DNA of 64,000 nt from an uncultured Candidatus Saccharibacteria bacterium (GTDB taxonomy: Bacteria > Patescibacteriota > Saccharimonadia > Saccharimonadales > AWTP1-31): assembly GCA_937903325.1 (NCBI GenBank), contig CALCZR010000059.1, positions 65,489 to 129,488 on the forward strand, written 5' to 3'. The notes under the pieces are model-generated. The model saw nothing but the letters and a program-made list of their open reading frames with translations, searched no databases and was not told the DNA's origin. Below, one piece after another: positions 29,071 through 37,435 of the stretch; the stretch's first letter is position 1, and every line of letters begins with the position of its first letter. Position numbers and translations under genes: made by a program.

Positions 29071-29766
29071 CTATTTACTACGGTGCACCGGTAGTTTATC
29101 CCGCCGGGCTGCCTGCAATTCGTTAAAGATCTGCCAGATCACTACGTAAAAGGTAGCGATGAGCACAAAGAATAGTGCCGTGGTGCGGAAGGTTTGTTCG
29201 TGTGACGTTGGGTTAATAAAGCGCTCCGATACGTCAAATACCAAACCCAGTGGATTGCTAATAATGTCCCAGGTATTCCATCTGAGGTATCTCCCGAGAT
29301 AGATGGCAAAGCTACAGAGCAGAAAAACCCCGGCAATCATCCAGTGCGCAGTACGCGCTCGCATACGGTGAAGTAGCAGCTGGTGCATAGAGTACACACT
29401 TAAGTACCCAAGCAAAAAACCATTGAGTGTAAATGACAAAATGAGGGCCGTATCAAAGAGAAGCGTCCCCGAAGAGCTTTCCTGCAAGTGTATGAAGTCC
29501 GTTGCGATGTAGAAACTATTAGGTAGGAATATGAGCCACAGGAACGTTAGGCCGAGCCCCTTCCAAGTCAGCCACATACCGGTAATTAAGTACTGCACCA
29601 AGAAATACGAAAAGACCATAGGGAGCCACGCGAGAACCAGGTTCCAGTTCAAGTACCAGAAGTTACTGCTCTGCTGCGAAATAGCCCGGGCTATAAAAAG
29701 CAGCACGCTCACTCCGCTAGAGAAAAGGAGAACATTAACGATTCGTCCCGACTTCATGCTACTCAT
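29071..29766 (-). CDS. DUF1361-like polytopic membrane protein
   Basis: The ORF track extends to 29844. The internal ATG at 29766 (MSSMKSGRIVNVLLF...) avoids overlap with the divergent gene. There are about 6 TM helices. The start is uncertain. Confidence 0.5.
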   Translation of the reverse strand: MSSMKSGRIVNVLLFSSGVSVLLFIARAISQQSSNFWYLNWNLVLAWLPMVFSYFLVQYLITGMWLTWKGLGLTFLWLIFLPNSFYIATDFIHLQESSSGTLLFDTALILSFTLNGFLLGYLSVYSMHQLLLHRMRARTAHWMIAGVFLLCSFAIYLGRYLRWNTWDIISNPLGLVFDVSERFINPTSHEQTFRTTALFFVLIATFYVVIWQIFNELQAARRDKLPVHRSK

Positions 29767-29797
29767 TATACCGGTAGTGTGGGTTATACTGTATGTA

Positions 29798-30427
29798 ATG
29801 CAACCGCTTAACCGTTTAGTAAGTACCATTCGAGACTTTAACAAGGGGCTTATTGGTCAATTTGCGGTAGTCCTCAACAAGCTGACTGGCGGAAGAATCT
29901 CTGCCAATGTCATCACCATGACAAGCCTGCTTATCCATGTCCCCATCGCCCTGCTCATCGCTTGGGGGCACAACTACTGGGCTGCGGGCCTGCTACTTGT
30001 CTTTGGACTATTTGACGCCCTCGACGGGGCTATCGCCCGGCTACAAAAAACGAGCAGTTCCAAAGGCATGCTCCTAGACTCCATTACGGATCGTATAAAG
30101 GAAGTACTGCTCTACGTTGGTGCTGCTTACAGTTTTATTCACGTCGGTCGCCCCTACTACGCCGTATGGGCACTTGCTGCCTGTGGCATATCCATGTTGG
30201 TTAGCTACGTAAACGCCTGGGGTGAAGTAGTCATTACTAGCCATAAAACTGAAAGCCACCAAGTTAATAAGTCCTTCCGTAGCGGTATCATGACCTATGA
30301 CGTTCGCTTAACTTTCTTCTTCCTAGGTTTACTGTCTAACCAGCTCCGTTTCGTCGTCGTCTTCATTGCTGCCACCAGCATCGTTACTGCCCTGGGTCGC
30401 ATGCGCTCTATCATGCAGAGGCTCTAG
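29798..30427 (+). CDS. CDP-alcohol phosphatidyltransferase family protein
   Basis: The signature D(x2)DG(x2)AR(x8)G(x3)D(x3)D is present as DALDGAIARLQKTSSSKGMLLDSITDRIKE. I trimmed the track ORF (29531) to the ATG at 29798, because the upstream part overlaps the divergent membrane gene. Confidence 0.8.
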   Translation: MQPLNRLVSTIRDFNKGLIGQFAVVLNKLTGGRISANVITMTSLLIHVPIALLIAWGHNYWAAGLLLVFGLFDALDGAIARLQKTSSSKGMLLDSITDRIKEVLLYVGAAYSFIHVGRPYYAVWALAACGISMLVSYVNAWGEVVITSHKTESHQVNKSFRSGIMTYDVRLTFFFLGLLSNQLRFVVVFIAATSIVTALGRMRSIMQRL

Positions 30428-30428
30428 C

Positions 30429-31094
30429 ATGAGTGACACTCGTATTGATCTACACACCCACTCCATCGGCTCACCAGATGGCGGACTCACCGCAACCGAC
30501 TATTCTGCCCTTCTCAATGCTCAGGTCTTGCACTTCATAGCAGTCACCGACCACGACCGCATAGATACTGCTCAGGAACTGCAAAAGACATTAGGTGACC
30601 AGATTATCGTAGGTCAGGAGATTACGACCAGCCAAGGCGAGATCATCGGCCTGTATCTGAGTGAGAAGATCACACCGGGGCAAACTGCCCAGCAAACAGT
30701 TAAAGCCATTAAACAGCAAGGCGGACTGGTATACATTCCCCACCCTTTTGAAACAGTGCGTAAAGGTATCCCAAAAGAGGTTCTGGATAGCATTGCAGGG
30801 TTAGCGGATATTGTTGAAACCCACAATGGTCGGGCCGTCTTCCAAAACAAAGGTCCAGCGGCTGTTGCTTGGGCAAGACTACATGGCAAAGTCTCGGCCG
30901 CCAGTAGTGATGCCCATGGCAAACGCGGCATGGCCACCAGCTTTACGACTATTAGCGGTGTGCCTACTCGAGACAATTTAGTAGAACTCCTAAAAACAGG
31001 GCGTCAGCAGACAGCCCGACCGCCGCTACATAGCCTGCTCTACCCGAAATACCATCGGCTCCGTGGTAAACTGAAAAAGACGAAAAAAACATAA
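30429..31094 (+). CDS. PHP-domain phosphoesterase
   Basis: MSDTRIDLHTHSIGSPDGG is PHP motif I, followed by VTDHD, PHPF and SDAHG. The ATG lies 1 nt after the upstream TAG stop. Confidence 0.8.
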   Translation: MSDTRIDLHTHSIGSPDGGLTATDYSALLNAQVLHFIAVTDHDRIDTAQELQKTLGDQIIVGQEITTSQGEIIGLYLSEKITPGQTAQQTVKAIKQQGGLVYIPHPFETVRKGIPKEVLDSIAGLADIVETHNGRAVFQNKGPAAVAWARLHGKVSAASSDAHGKRGMATSFTTISGVPTRDNLVELLKTGRQQTARPPLHSLLYPKYHRLRGKLKKTKKT

Positions 31095-31096
31095 CC

Positions 31097-31627
31097 ATGA
31101 AAGACATTCTTTTTGCCTTACTATTCTTCTTGCCAGCAGGTGTAGCCAATGCTGCCCCTCCGGTAGGAAACAAGATTCCACTTCTTAACCGGTGGAAGAC
31201 TCCTTTAGACTTTGGCAACAAAATTGGTAACCAGTATATTCTCGGTAAGAACAAAACCTGGCGTGGCCTAGTATTCGGCACCTTCCTCGGTGGCGTATCT
31301 GCGTGGCTGCTCTACCCGCACCTCAGCACCGACACCGGCAACACCCTTGAGCACTTCCTTATCGGTTGTTTCATTGGATTCGGTGCTCTGTTTGGTGACG
31401 CAGTGGAGAGTTTCTTCAAGCGCCGCATGGGTATTGCCTCTGGCAAAGCCTGGCTTGGCTTTGACCAACTAGACTACGTTATTGGCGGCATATTATTCAG
31501 CCTGCCATTTATACGCTTACAGCTCGTCGACTACGCCGCCATTATCGGAGTGTTCTTTGTACTGCACTTTGTGGTTAGCTACATCGGCTTTCTGCTTGGG
31601 ATTAAAGAAAACCCATTCAAGTTATAA
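31097..31627 (+). CDS. carS: CDP-archaeol synthase-like CTP-transferase (CarS/DUF46 family)
   Basis: 176 aa. LLFFLPAGVANAAPPV...PLDFG...LGKNKTWRGLVFG...FGALFGDAVESFFKRRMG...FDQLDYV follows the archaeal CarS sequence pattern along its whole length. Confidence 0.8.
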   Translation: MKDILFALLFFLPAGVANAAPPVGNKIPLLNRWKTPLDFGNKIGNQYILGKNKTWRGLVFGTFLGGVSAWLLYPHLSTDTGNTLEHFLIGCFIGFGALFGDAVESFFKRRMGIASGKAWLGFDQLDYVIGGILFSLPFIRLQLVDYAAIIGVFFVLHFVVSYIGFLLGIKENPFKL

Positions 31628-32002
31628 ACAAACCACTTTAATATCTTGACTTGCATAAGCCCTTGCTAAAGCCTTATCAAGCGTTAGTAGCTCGGTACAA
31701 CCACCCCTTAGTGCAGCAGCTACTTGGAGTGCATCTTCAAAGTCTTTGCCCTCTTCGTTACCCAACGCCCAAGCATAATCAATTGGCTCACAAGCAAGTA
31801 TCTCGTGCTCCGCCAAACTAGAAGCAAGGTACTTATCGGGTATTCCTGCAAGCCTTCCAAAATGCCAGACAAGGTGTACGGATAGCATGGATATAGCGAA
31901 TATCTGACCTGTCTGTTCTTCCAGGTACTTCTCTACTTGCAATACTTTACGTCTACCCGGGAGGAGTAACTCGAGCAGAATGTTAGCATCAAGAAAGATC
32001 AT
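31622..32002 (-). CDS. vapC: PIN-domain toxin (VapC-like)
   Basis: MIFLDANILLELL carries the first conserved acidic residue of the PIN domain, and the C-terminal TLD is also present. I prefer the ATG at 32002 to the TTG at 32014. It overlaps the antitoxin gene by 14 nt. Confidence 0.8.
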   Translation of the reverse strand: MIFLDANILLELLLPGRRKVLQVEKYLEEQTGQIFAISMLSVHLVWHFGRLAGIPDKYLASSLAEHEILACEPIDYAWALGNEEGKDFEDALQVAAALRGGCTELLTLDKALARAYASQDIKVVCL

Positions 32003-32267
32003 ATTTGTCTGCAATGCTCTCGGCGTACAGTTGCTTGTAACTCTTTGTTGGATCTAGTTTTTGGGTTGCATGACTTCGGGCAGCTCGAACAGACTCTAGA
32101 AATTTCGCAGTCTGTGCAGACCTATTCTGACCGTCCTCAGCTTTAATGGTTACTACTGGACGAGAGTGCGCTATTACCGTTAGGACCTCACCCTTATTAA
32201 GCCGTTCTAAAAAGTTGGGCAAATTCCTTCGAACTTCTTGTATCGTTATTGTGGTTTGGCTATTCAT
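31989..32267 (-). CDS. Phd/YefM-type antitoxin
   Basis: 92 aa. TITIQEVRRNLPNFLERLNKGEVLTVIAHSRPVVTI resembles the Phd/YefM N-terminal fold. It lies immediately upstream of the PIN gene and overlaps it. Confidence 0.7.
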   Translation of the reverse strand: MNSQTTITIQEVRRNLPNFLERLNKGEVLTVIAHSRPVVTIKAEDGQNRSAQTAKFLESVRAARSHATQKLDPTKSYKQLYAESIADKYDLS

Positions 32268-32299
32268 AACTTTAATGTTACTTAAAAGTTACTAATTTG

Positions 32300-33028
32300 T
32301 CAATTAGCCTCAACAAATGCCTCGATCCGGAACGCTTCCTTTATATACTCTTCGCTCAGCGTTTCCTGCACTTTGGTGTACTGAGATGGCATGGCCGTAA
32401 AGGCATCGTATTTACAGTCGCACAGGCTATCTGTGCAACAGAAACAGATACCACAGTCTTTGGCTGACTCTAGTGGTGGTTGTTCAATGTTATAAAAAAG
32501 ATTCAGTTTCTCGTCGGCGGCTGAGAGGTATTTCTTGTACTGCCCTACCGTCAGAACTGCGTGGAACACTTTTGGTTGATGCGAAGCCCGCTCTACCGCT
32601 TTGCCTACCCAACCGGAGATCGCCTGGTGATCCGGATGACCAGTTAGCCCTTCGGGGCCAAATGTCAGAATAGTGTCGGGTTGGTGCTTTTTAATAAAGG
32701 CTTGGATCTGTGCTGCAGCCTCTTGCACGTCAGCTTCCTGACATTGGCCGTCTTTGTATGCAAGAAAGTGGTGCTCCTTGATGCCGAGGACTTTTAGTGC
32801 GGCATGGAGTTCTTTCTCACGTATTGAGGCAAGTTCCTTAGCTGGCCAGCGCTCTTCGTCCTGGACACCTGCTTCACCTTTTGTAGCCGTAATACAGATA
32901 ACGGTCTGGCCGTTAGTAATTGCTGCGGCCATAAGGCCGCCGGCGCAAAAGGTCTCGTCGTCTGGATGTGCCCAGACGGACAAAATGGTACCAAGTTGAC
33001 GTACATCGTCAGATGTCTTGACCTGCAT
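32300..33028 (-). CDS. PIG-L/LmbE family deacetylase with C-terminal Cys cluster
   Basis: 242 aa with the zinc motifs VWAHPDDETF and GHPDHQ. An unusual CGICFCCTDSLCDC cluster lies near the C-terminus. Confidence 0.8.
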   Translation of the reverse strand: MQVKTSDDVRQLGTILSVWAHPDDETFCAGGLMAAAITNGQTVICITATKGEAGVQDEERWPAKELASIREKELHAALKVLGIKEHHFLAYKDGQCQEADVQEAAAQIQAFIKKHQPDTILTFGPEGLTGHPDHQAISGWVGKAVERASHQPKVFHAVLTVGQYKKYLSAADEKLNLFYNIEQPPLESAKDCGICFCCTDSLCDCKYDAFTAMPSQYTKVQETLSEEYIKEAFRIEAFVEAN

Positions 33029-33056
33029 ACTCTAGAGTATAGAGGTGAGGCTGGCT

Positions 33057-34121
33057 CTAGCCTAGTTCTTTTTTCAGTCGCTCGACTAATTCCACTGGGG
33101 CTGGGTTAACGCCGTTGAGTAGACCAAGGTAAAGCGTTGTGAAGTCACCCATGAGGACCGTCCAAAGCAATTGTTCAGCGAGTGTCTTACCGCGGGCTTC
33201 AACGATATGCGGCTCAGGGCGTTTGCCAGATAGTAGTCGTGCACTAATAGTGAAGCGCTTCTGAATCTGTGGATGGTCAAAAGAGGAACGCAGATCTACA
33301 ACGGTGTACGGCTTGTTATGTGGATGCGAACTCCAGCCGATAAATTCATTGTGGTTAAACTCGGGTAGGTATCCAGCCCAGGCGACGTTCTTGGCGTTCT
33401 CATTACAGCCAATCTTCCACTTGTATACCGCCGGAGCTAATACTGGGCCACCATACACAACCAGGCTCTTGCCTGCTATCTCTTGAGCGAGCAGCTTGGC
33501 AGGGTTTTGCTTTGTCGGAACAGTTGGCAATAGATCTGCGGTCTTCTTCTCCAGAAAATCTACAATTGCCTTAAGTTCTTTATCGCTCACATCCGTCACA
33601 AACAATCCAGCATGTGACATGAGTTGCAGCATAGCTTTGAGGTTATACAGCACGGCATAGCGAGGCTGTTCGGCTTTAGGTAGCAAGATGAAGTGATATC
33701 CCTTTTCAGTAGCAATCTCTTTCAGTTTTCCACCGCCCGCGATGATCACAATTGTTGCTTTGGCCTTCTCTGCCTGCTCTAAGGCAGATAACGTTTCTTC
33801 AGTGTTACCGGAGTAGCTGCAGGCGATAAACAAGGTGTCTTTAGAAACAAAAGCTGGGATATCGTAGTCACGACTAATTTCAAACGGTACTTTGTAGCCG
33901 GGCCAAGTCTGGCTAAGTAGTGCTGCAAGCGATGAACCGCCCATACCAGCGTATACGACGTTAGCGAAAGGACCTTTTGGTGCCCATGCAGAGATATCAA
34001 AGTCATGTAGCAGCTGCCCTGGTTGTTTAGCGGCGATTCCTAGTGAATCCTGCGCATCCTTTTCGTGAATATATTTTAGATCATCAAGCACTAATGTTCC
34101 CTCCGTTATCTGTACCTTCAT
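33057..34121 (-). CDS. bifunctional phosphoglucose/phosphomannose isomerase (SIS domain)
   Basis: 354 aa with GMGGSS and CSYSGNTEETL SIS motifs. The architecture matches the archaeal/CPR-type PGI/PMI. Confidence 0.8.
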   Translation of the reverse strand: MKVQITEGTLVLDDLKYIHEKDAQDSLGIAAKQPGQLLHDFDISAWAPKGPFANVVYAGMGGSSLAALLSQTWPGYKVPFEISRDYDIPAFVSKDTLFIACSYSGNTEETLSALEQAEKAKATIVIIAGGGKLKEIATEKGYHFILLPKAEQPRYAVLYNLKAMLQLMSHAGLFVTDVSDKELKAIVDFLEKKTADLLPTVPTKQNPAKLLAQEIAGKSLVVYGGPVLAPAVYKWKIGCNENAKNVAWAGYLPEFNHNEFIGWSSHPHNKPYTVVDLRSSFDHPQIQKRFTISARLLSGKRPEPHIVEARGKTLAEQLLWTVLMGDFTTLYLGLLNGVNPAPVELVERLKKELG

Positions 34122-34211
34122 TATAGCTTACGCTTTTATACTTTTTGGGTCTTTACTGCTTATGGTATAGTGGGAGTAACGAAAGTTAACTAACAACTAC
34201 GGGGGTGGGGA

Positions 34212-34799
34212 ATGTTCGACCAAAATGATCAAAATCAGCCAGCACAAGACGCGGCAGCAGTAGCACCAGCTGTCGATCCGGCCGCTGCGCCAGCGGCTGA
34301 CCTACAGGCTCCAGTCGTAGATCCGAACACCCCTCCAAGCGCACCACTACCAGACCCGACCATGGGTTCCGACGCATCTGCATATAACACTACCGTTATG
34401 CCTACCGAGGAACCTGTTGCCGCTCCTGCAGCACCAGTCCTTCCTGAAGCCCCTGCGATCTCTGCTGATCCTATTGCAGCACCAGTCCTACCAGACCCAG
34501 TAATCGCTCCTACGGTCAGTGCCCCAGCTCCAGCCGTTAGCGGTGACCTACTAGGCATTAAGCAGAACGCCCTTCAAAGTCTTACCCCACTACTCGACCA
34601 TCTCGAACAATCTCCTGAAGAGAAGTTCCGTACTACTATGATGATGATCCAGGCGAGCGATGACCAAAGTCTTGTCCAAGCTGCATATGATGCTGCGAAC
34701 GCCATTACTGATGAGAAAGCTAAGGCTCAAGCATTACTCGACGTTGTTAACGAGATTAACTACTTCACCCAGCAAGCCAAGCCTGCTGGCCAAGCGTAA
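34212..34799 (+). CDS. hypothetical protein, Pro/Ala-rich N-terminal half and helical C-terminal domain
   Basis: 195 aa. A GGGGTGGGG purine-rich stretch lies immediately upstream of the ATG. No TM segment and no recognisable family. Confidence 0.55.
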   Translation: MFDQNDQNQPAQDAAAVAPAVDPAAAPAADLQAPVVDPNTPPSAPLPDPTMGSDASAYNTTVMPTEEPVAAPAAPVLPEAPAISADPIAAPVLPDPVIAPTVSAPAPAVSGDLLGIKQNALQSLTPLLDHLEQSPEEKFRTTMMMIQASDDQSLVQAAYDAANAITDEKAKAQALLDVVNEINYFTQQAKPAGQA

Positions 34800-34843
34800 T
34801 CATCTCTTTTAATTAGTCTCCGTCTGTAAGATCTAGAAATAGG

Positions 34844-35299
34844 CTAGAGATCTACGTCTGGGCCAGTGTTTGGAAGAGTCGTACTCTGATCCCCTGTGAC
34901 TGGTTGCTGTGTTGGCGTCGGAGTATTCGTAGATGGAGTGTTGTTACTGCCGGTAGTAGGTTGGTTTGTTGCAGTATCTGAAGGCTGGTTGTTACTGCCA
35001 CTATCTGTAGAGCTATCGTTAGAAGAGTTGTCAGTATCTTTGTTCTTGTCATCAGAAGAATCCCGGTCAGATGTTACAGCTGGCACAGCTTTATTGTCTT
35101 TATGTGCAACTTTGCGGTACACCCAGCGACCACCAAAGAAAAGTCCGGTAATAAGAACAAGAGAAACTACGAGAGAAACGATGCCAACAAGCCATGCGAT
35201 ACCCATACGTTCACGGCGTTCTGCCTGTGAGTAAGCTTGTACCTCAGGTGGCAAAGAAGGATCTACAACTTGTTTCTTGCGGCGATTAAATAGATTCAT
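34844..35299 (-). CDS. single-pass membrane protein with Ser/Thr/Asn/Asp-rich tail
   Basis: 151 aa with a TM helix IAWLVGIVSLVVSLVLITGLFFGG and then a low-complexity extracytoplasmic tail. Confidence 0.55.
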   Translation of the reverse strand: MNLFNRRKKQVVDPSLPPEVQAYSQAERRERMGIAWLVGIVSLVVSLVLITGLFFGGRWVYRKVAHKDNKAVPAVTSDRDSSDDKNKDTDNSSNDSSTDSGSNNQPSDTATNQPTTGSNNTPSTNTPTPTQQPVTGDQSTTLPNTGPDVDL

Positions 35300-35377
35300 G
35301 AATGACTCCCGTCAATTAGATGTAGATATCATAGTACAAATTGGACTAATTAGCAATTAAACTATCTGTCCTTATGG

Positions 35378-37027
35378 TTACATCCCCATCATGCCGCCAG
35401 GCATACCACCACCTGCGGATGCATCCGAATCTTTCTGAGGAACATCTACTACAAGCGCGCCCATGGTCATGCTAGTTCCAGCGATTGAAACCGCGTTCTG
35501 GATAGCCTCACGAGTTACCCGAACAGGGTCAACAACGCCGTTAGCCTTGAGGTCTACCAGTTTGGTTGGATCGTTTACATTCACACCCTGACCAGCTTTA
35601 CCTTTCTTGACCTGCGGTAACCACTCATCTGGGTTCACACCAGCGTTGCTCATGAGGATTCTGAATGGCTGTTCCAGTGCGTTCTGGAGCAAGGTCGTAC
35701 CCGCAGCAACTGAGTCGTGTCCGGTTGTCTTAATACTAGTAGAGAGATTAACCAGAGTTACGCCACCGCCTGGAACAATACCTTCGTCGAGCGCAGCTTT
35801 AGTAGCGGCAACGGCGTCGTCTACACGGAACTTCTTCTCTTCTATTTCGGTTTCGGTTGCGCCACCAACCTTGATGACGGCAACTTTGCCTTCGAGACTT
35901 GCTCGACGAGCCTTACGATCATCTTTGTCGTAGTCACTACCAGATCCGTCTTTGATCTGCGCGTTAATCTGCGCAATACGTGCCTTAACCGCAGCTGGCT
36001 TGCCAGCACCCTCGATAATAGTAGTCTCGTCTTTGGTAACGATTACCTTACGAGCTGAGCCAAGTGCGTCCAGTTCAACATCTTCAAAGCTCACACCTTC
36101 ATCGTCACTAATCACCTGACCACCAGTCAGGATAGCGATATCTTGAAGGCGATCTGCTTTCTTGTCACCAAAGCTTGGTGCCTTAACCGCAACGGTATTA
36201 AATACACCTTTGAGCTTGTTCAGGATCAAGGTACCAAGCGCTTCACCCTCGACATCCTCGGCGATAATAACCAGGTCTTTCTTGCCAGTTTGAGCAAGCT
36301 TCTCTAGGATTGGCAGGAATTCCTGTACGGAGCTAATCTTCTTATCCGTAATAAGGATTGCGGGCTTGTCGTAGACTGCTTCCATACGAGTCGTGTCAGT
36401 AACCATGTAAGCGCTCACAAACCCTCGGTCCATAGTGAAGCCTTCTACTACTTCACTCTCTAGGGAAAGGCCTTGCCCTTCTTCCACGGTGACAACACCG
36501 TCCTTACCGATCTTGTCGATAATAGTAGCGATGAGCTCACCGATTTCAGCGTCACCGGCGCTAATAGTGGCCACTTCGGCAACACGTGAGGTTTTACCCT
36601 TAATGTCCTCGCTCATACCGTTAAGCTTCTTGATTACATCAGCAGCGGCAGCCTCCAAGCCCTTACGAAGTAGCATGGGGTTATGACCGGCAGCGATCAG
36701 CTTGTTAGCCTCATTCAAGATATGGTAGGTCAGTACGGTAACAGTCGTTGTGCCGTCTCCGGCTACGTCGTTCATCTTAGTAGCGGCCTGCTTGATCAGC
36801 TCAGCGCCAACACTGTAGCCGAGTGTTTCGTCGTCAACATCAGCGATTTCTACACCCTTTGCCACCGTTACGCCGTCATGAGTTACCGTTACACCGCCGT
36901 AGCTTTTGCTAATAACTACGTTGCGACCCTTTGGCCCCATGGTAGTCTTCACGGCATCGTAGAGGATCTGCGCCCCACTTAAGATTCGTCGTCTGGCGTC
37001 ATCATCGTAAAATACTTTCTTTCCCAT
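35378..37027 (-). CDS. groL: chaperonin GroEL
   Basis: 549 aa with AGDGTTTVTVL and the C-terminal GGMPGGMMGM. It lies directly downstream of groES. Confidence 0.97.
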   Translation of the reverse strand: MGKKVFYDDDARRRILSGAQILYDAVKTTMGPKGRNVVISKSYGGVTVTHDGVTVAKGVEIADVDDETLGYSVGAELIKQAATKMNDVAGDGTTTVTVLTYHILNEANKLIAAGHNPMLLRKGLEAAAADVIKKLNGMSEDIKGKTSRVAEVATISAGDAEIGELIATIIDKIGKDGVVTVEEGQGLSLESEVVEGFTMDRGFVSAYMVTDTTRMEAVYDKPAILITDKKISSVQEFLPILEKLAQTGKKDLVIIAEDVEGEALGTLILNKLKGVFNTVAVKAPSFGDKKADRLQDIAILTGGQVISDDEGVSFEDVELDALGSARKVIVTKDETTIIEGAGKPAAVKARIAQINAQIKDGSGSDYDKDDRKARRASLEGKVAVIKVGGATETEIEEKKFRVDDAVAATKAALDEGIVPGGGVTLVNLSTSIKTTGHDSVAAGTTLLQNALEQPFRILMSNAGVNPDEWLPQVKKGKAGQGVNVNDPTKLVDLKANGVVDPVRVTREAIQNAVSIAGTSMTMGALVVDVPQKDSDASAGGGMPGGMMGM

Positions 37028-37044
37028 ATCTTTTGCTCCTCTTC

Positions 37045-37308
37045 CTATTTAACAATGGCAATTACGTTGGCACGGTACACGAGAATAAACTCTTCCTTAC
37101 CCTGTTTGACGGTCGTAGCTTCGTATTCGTTCTTGTAGATAATCTTCTGGCCAACTTTAACTTCGGTAACAGCAGATCCAATGGCAACAACCTTGGCGGT
37201 CTTAGGTTTTTCCTGGGCGTTCCCTGGCAGATACAAGCCACTTGCTGTTTTGGTTTGTGCTTCTTCGGCTTGCACTACGATGTAGTCAGCCATTGGTTGA
37301 ATGTTCAT
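37045..37308 (-). CDS. groES: co-chaperonin GroES
   Basis: 87 aa. MNIQPMADYIVVQAEEAQTKTASGLYLP is the GroES pattern. A GGGAGA Shine-Dalgarno sequence lies upstream. Confidence 0.95.
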   Translation of the reverse strand: MNIQPMADYIVVQAEEAQTKTASGLYLPGNAQEKPKTAKVVAIGSAVTEVKVGQKIIYKNEYEATTVKQGKEEFILVYRANVIAIVK

Positions 37309-37338
37309 AAGTAATCTCCCTCAGTCTTAGTTAAAGCA

Positions 37339-37365
37339 TTAGCACTGAACTTGTCCGAGTGCTAA
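37339..37365. promoter_or_regulatory. CIRCE operator (HrcA box), proximal copy
   Basis: TTAGCACTG-N9-GAGTGCTAA has one mismatch to the consensus TTAGCACTC-N9-GAGTGCTAA. It lies 31 nt upstream of the groES ATG. Confidence 0.85.
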
Positions 37366-37368
37366 CTT

Positions 37369-37395
37369 TCAGCACTCATAATAGCCGAGTGCCAA
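37369..37395. promoter_or_regulatory. CIRCE-like operator, distal degenerate copy
   Basis: TCAGCACTC-N9-GAGTGCCAA keeps the core GCACTC/GAGTGC. Its spacer contains the putative groES -10 box. Confidence 0.6.
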
Positions 37396-37407
37396 GACTG
37401 CAGTCAA
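37378..37407 (-). promoter_or_regulatory. putative groESL promoter
   Basis: The minus strand reads TTGACT, an 18-nt spacer, then TATTAT. The -10 box sits inside the distal CIRCE spacer. Confidence 0.5.
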
Positions 37408-37435
37408 GGATAGCCTCGCGTGCTACAATTTGCTT

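Noticed and set aside
34235-34558. Antisense 107-aa Gly/Ala-rich ORF opposite the Pro/Ala-rich gene at 34212..34799.
   Set aside because: It is the mirror image of a GC-rich low-complexity coding region. The plus-strand ORF has a purine-rich ribosome-binding stretch and a structured C-terminal domain.
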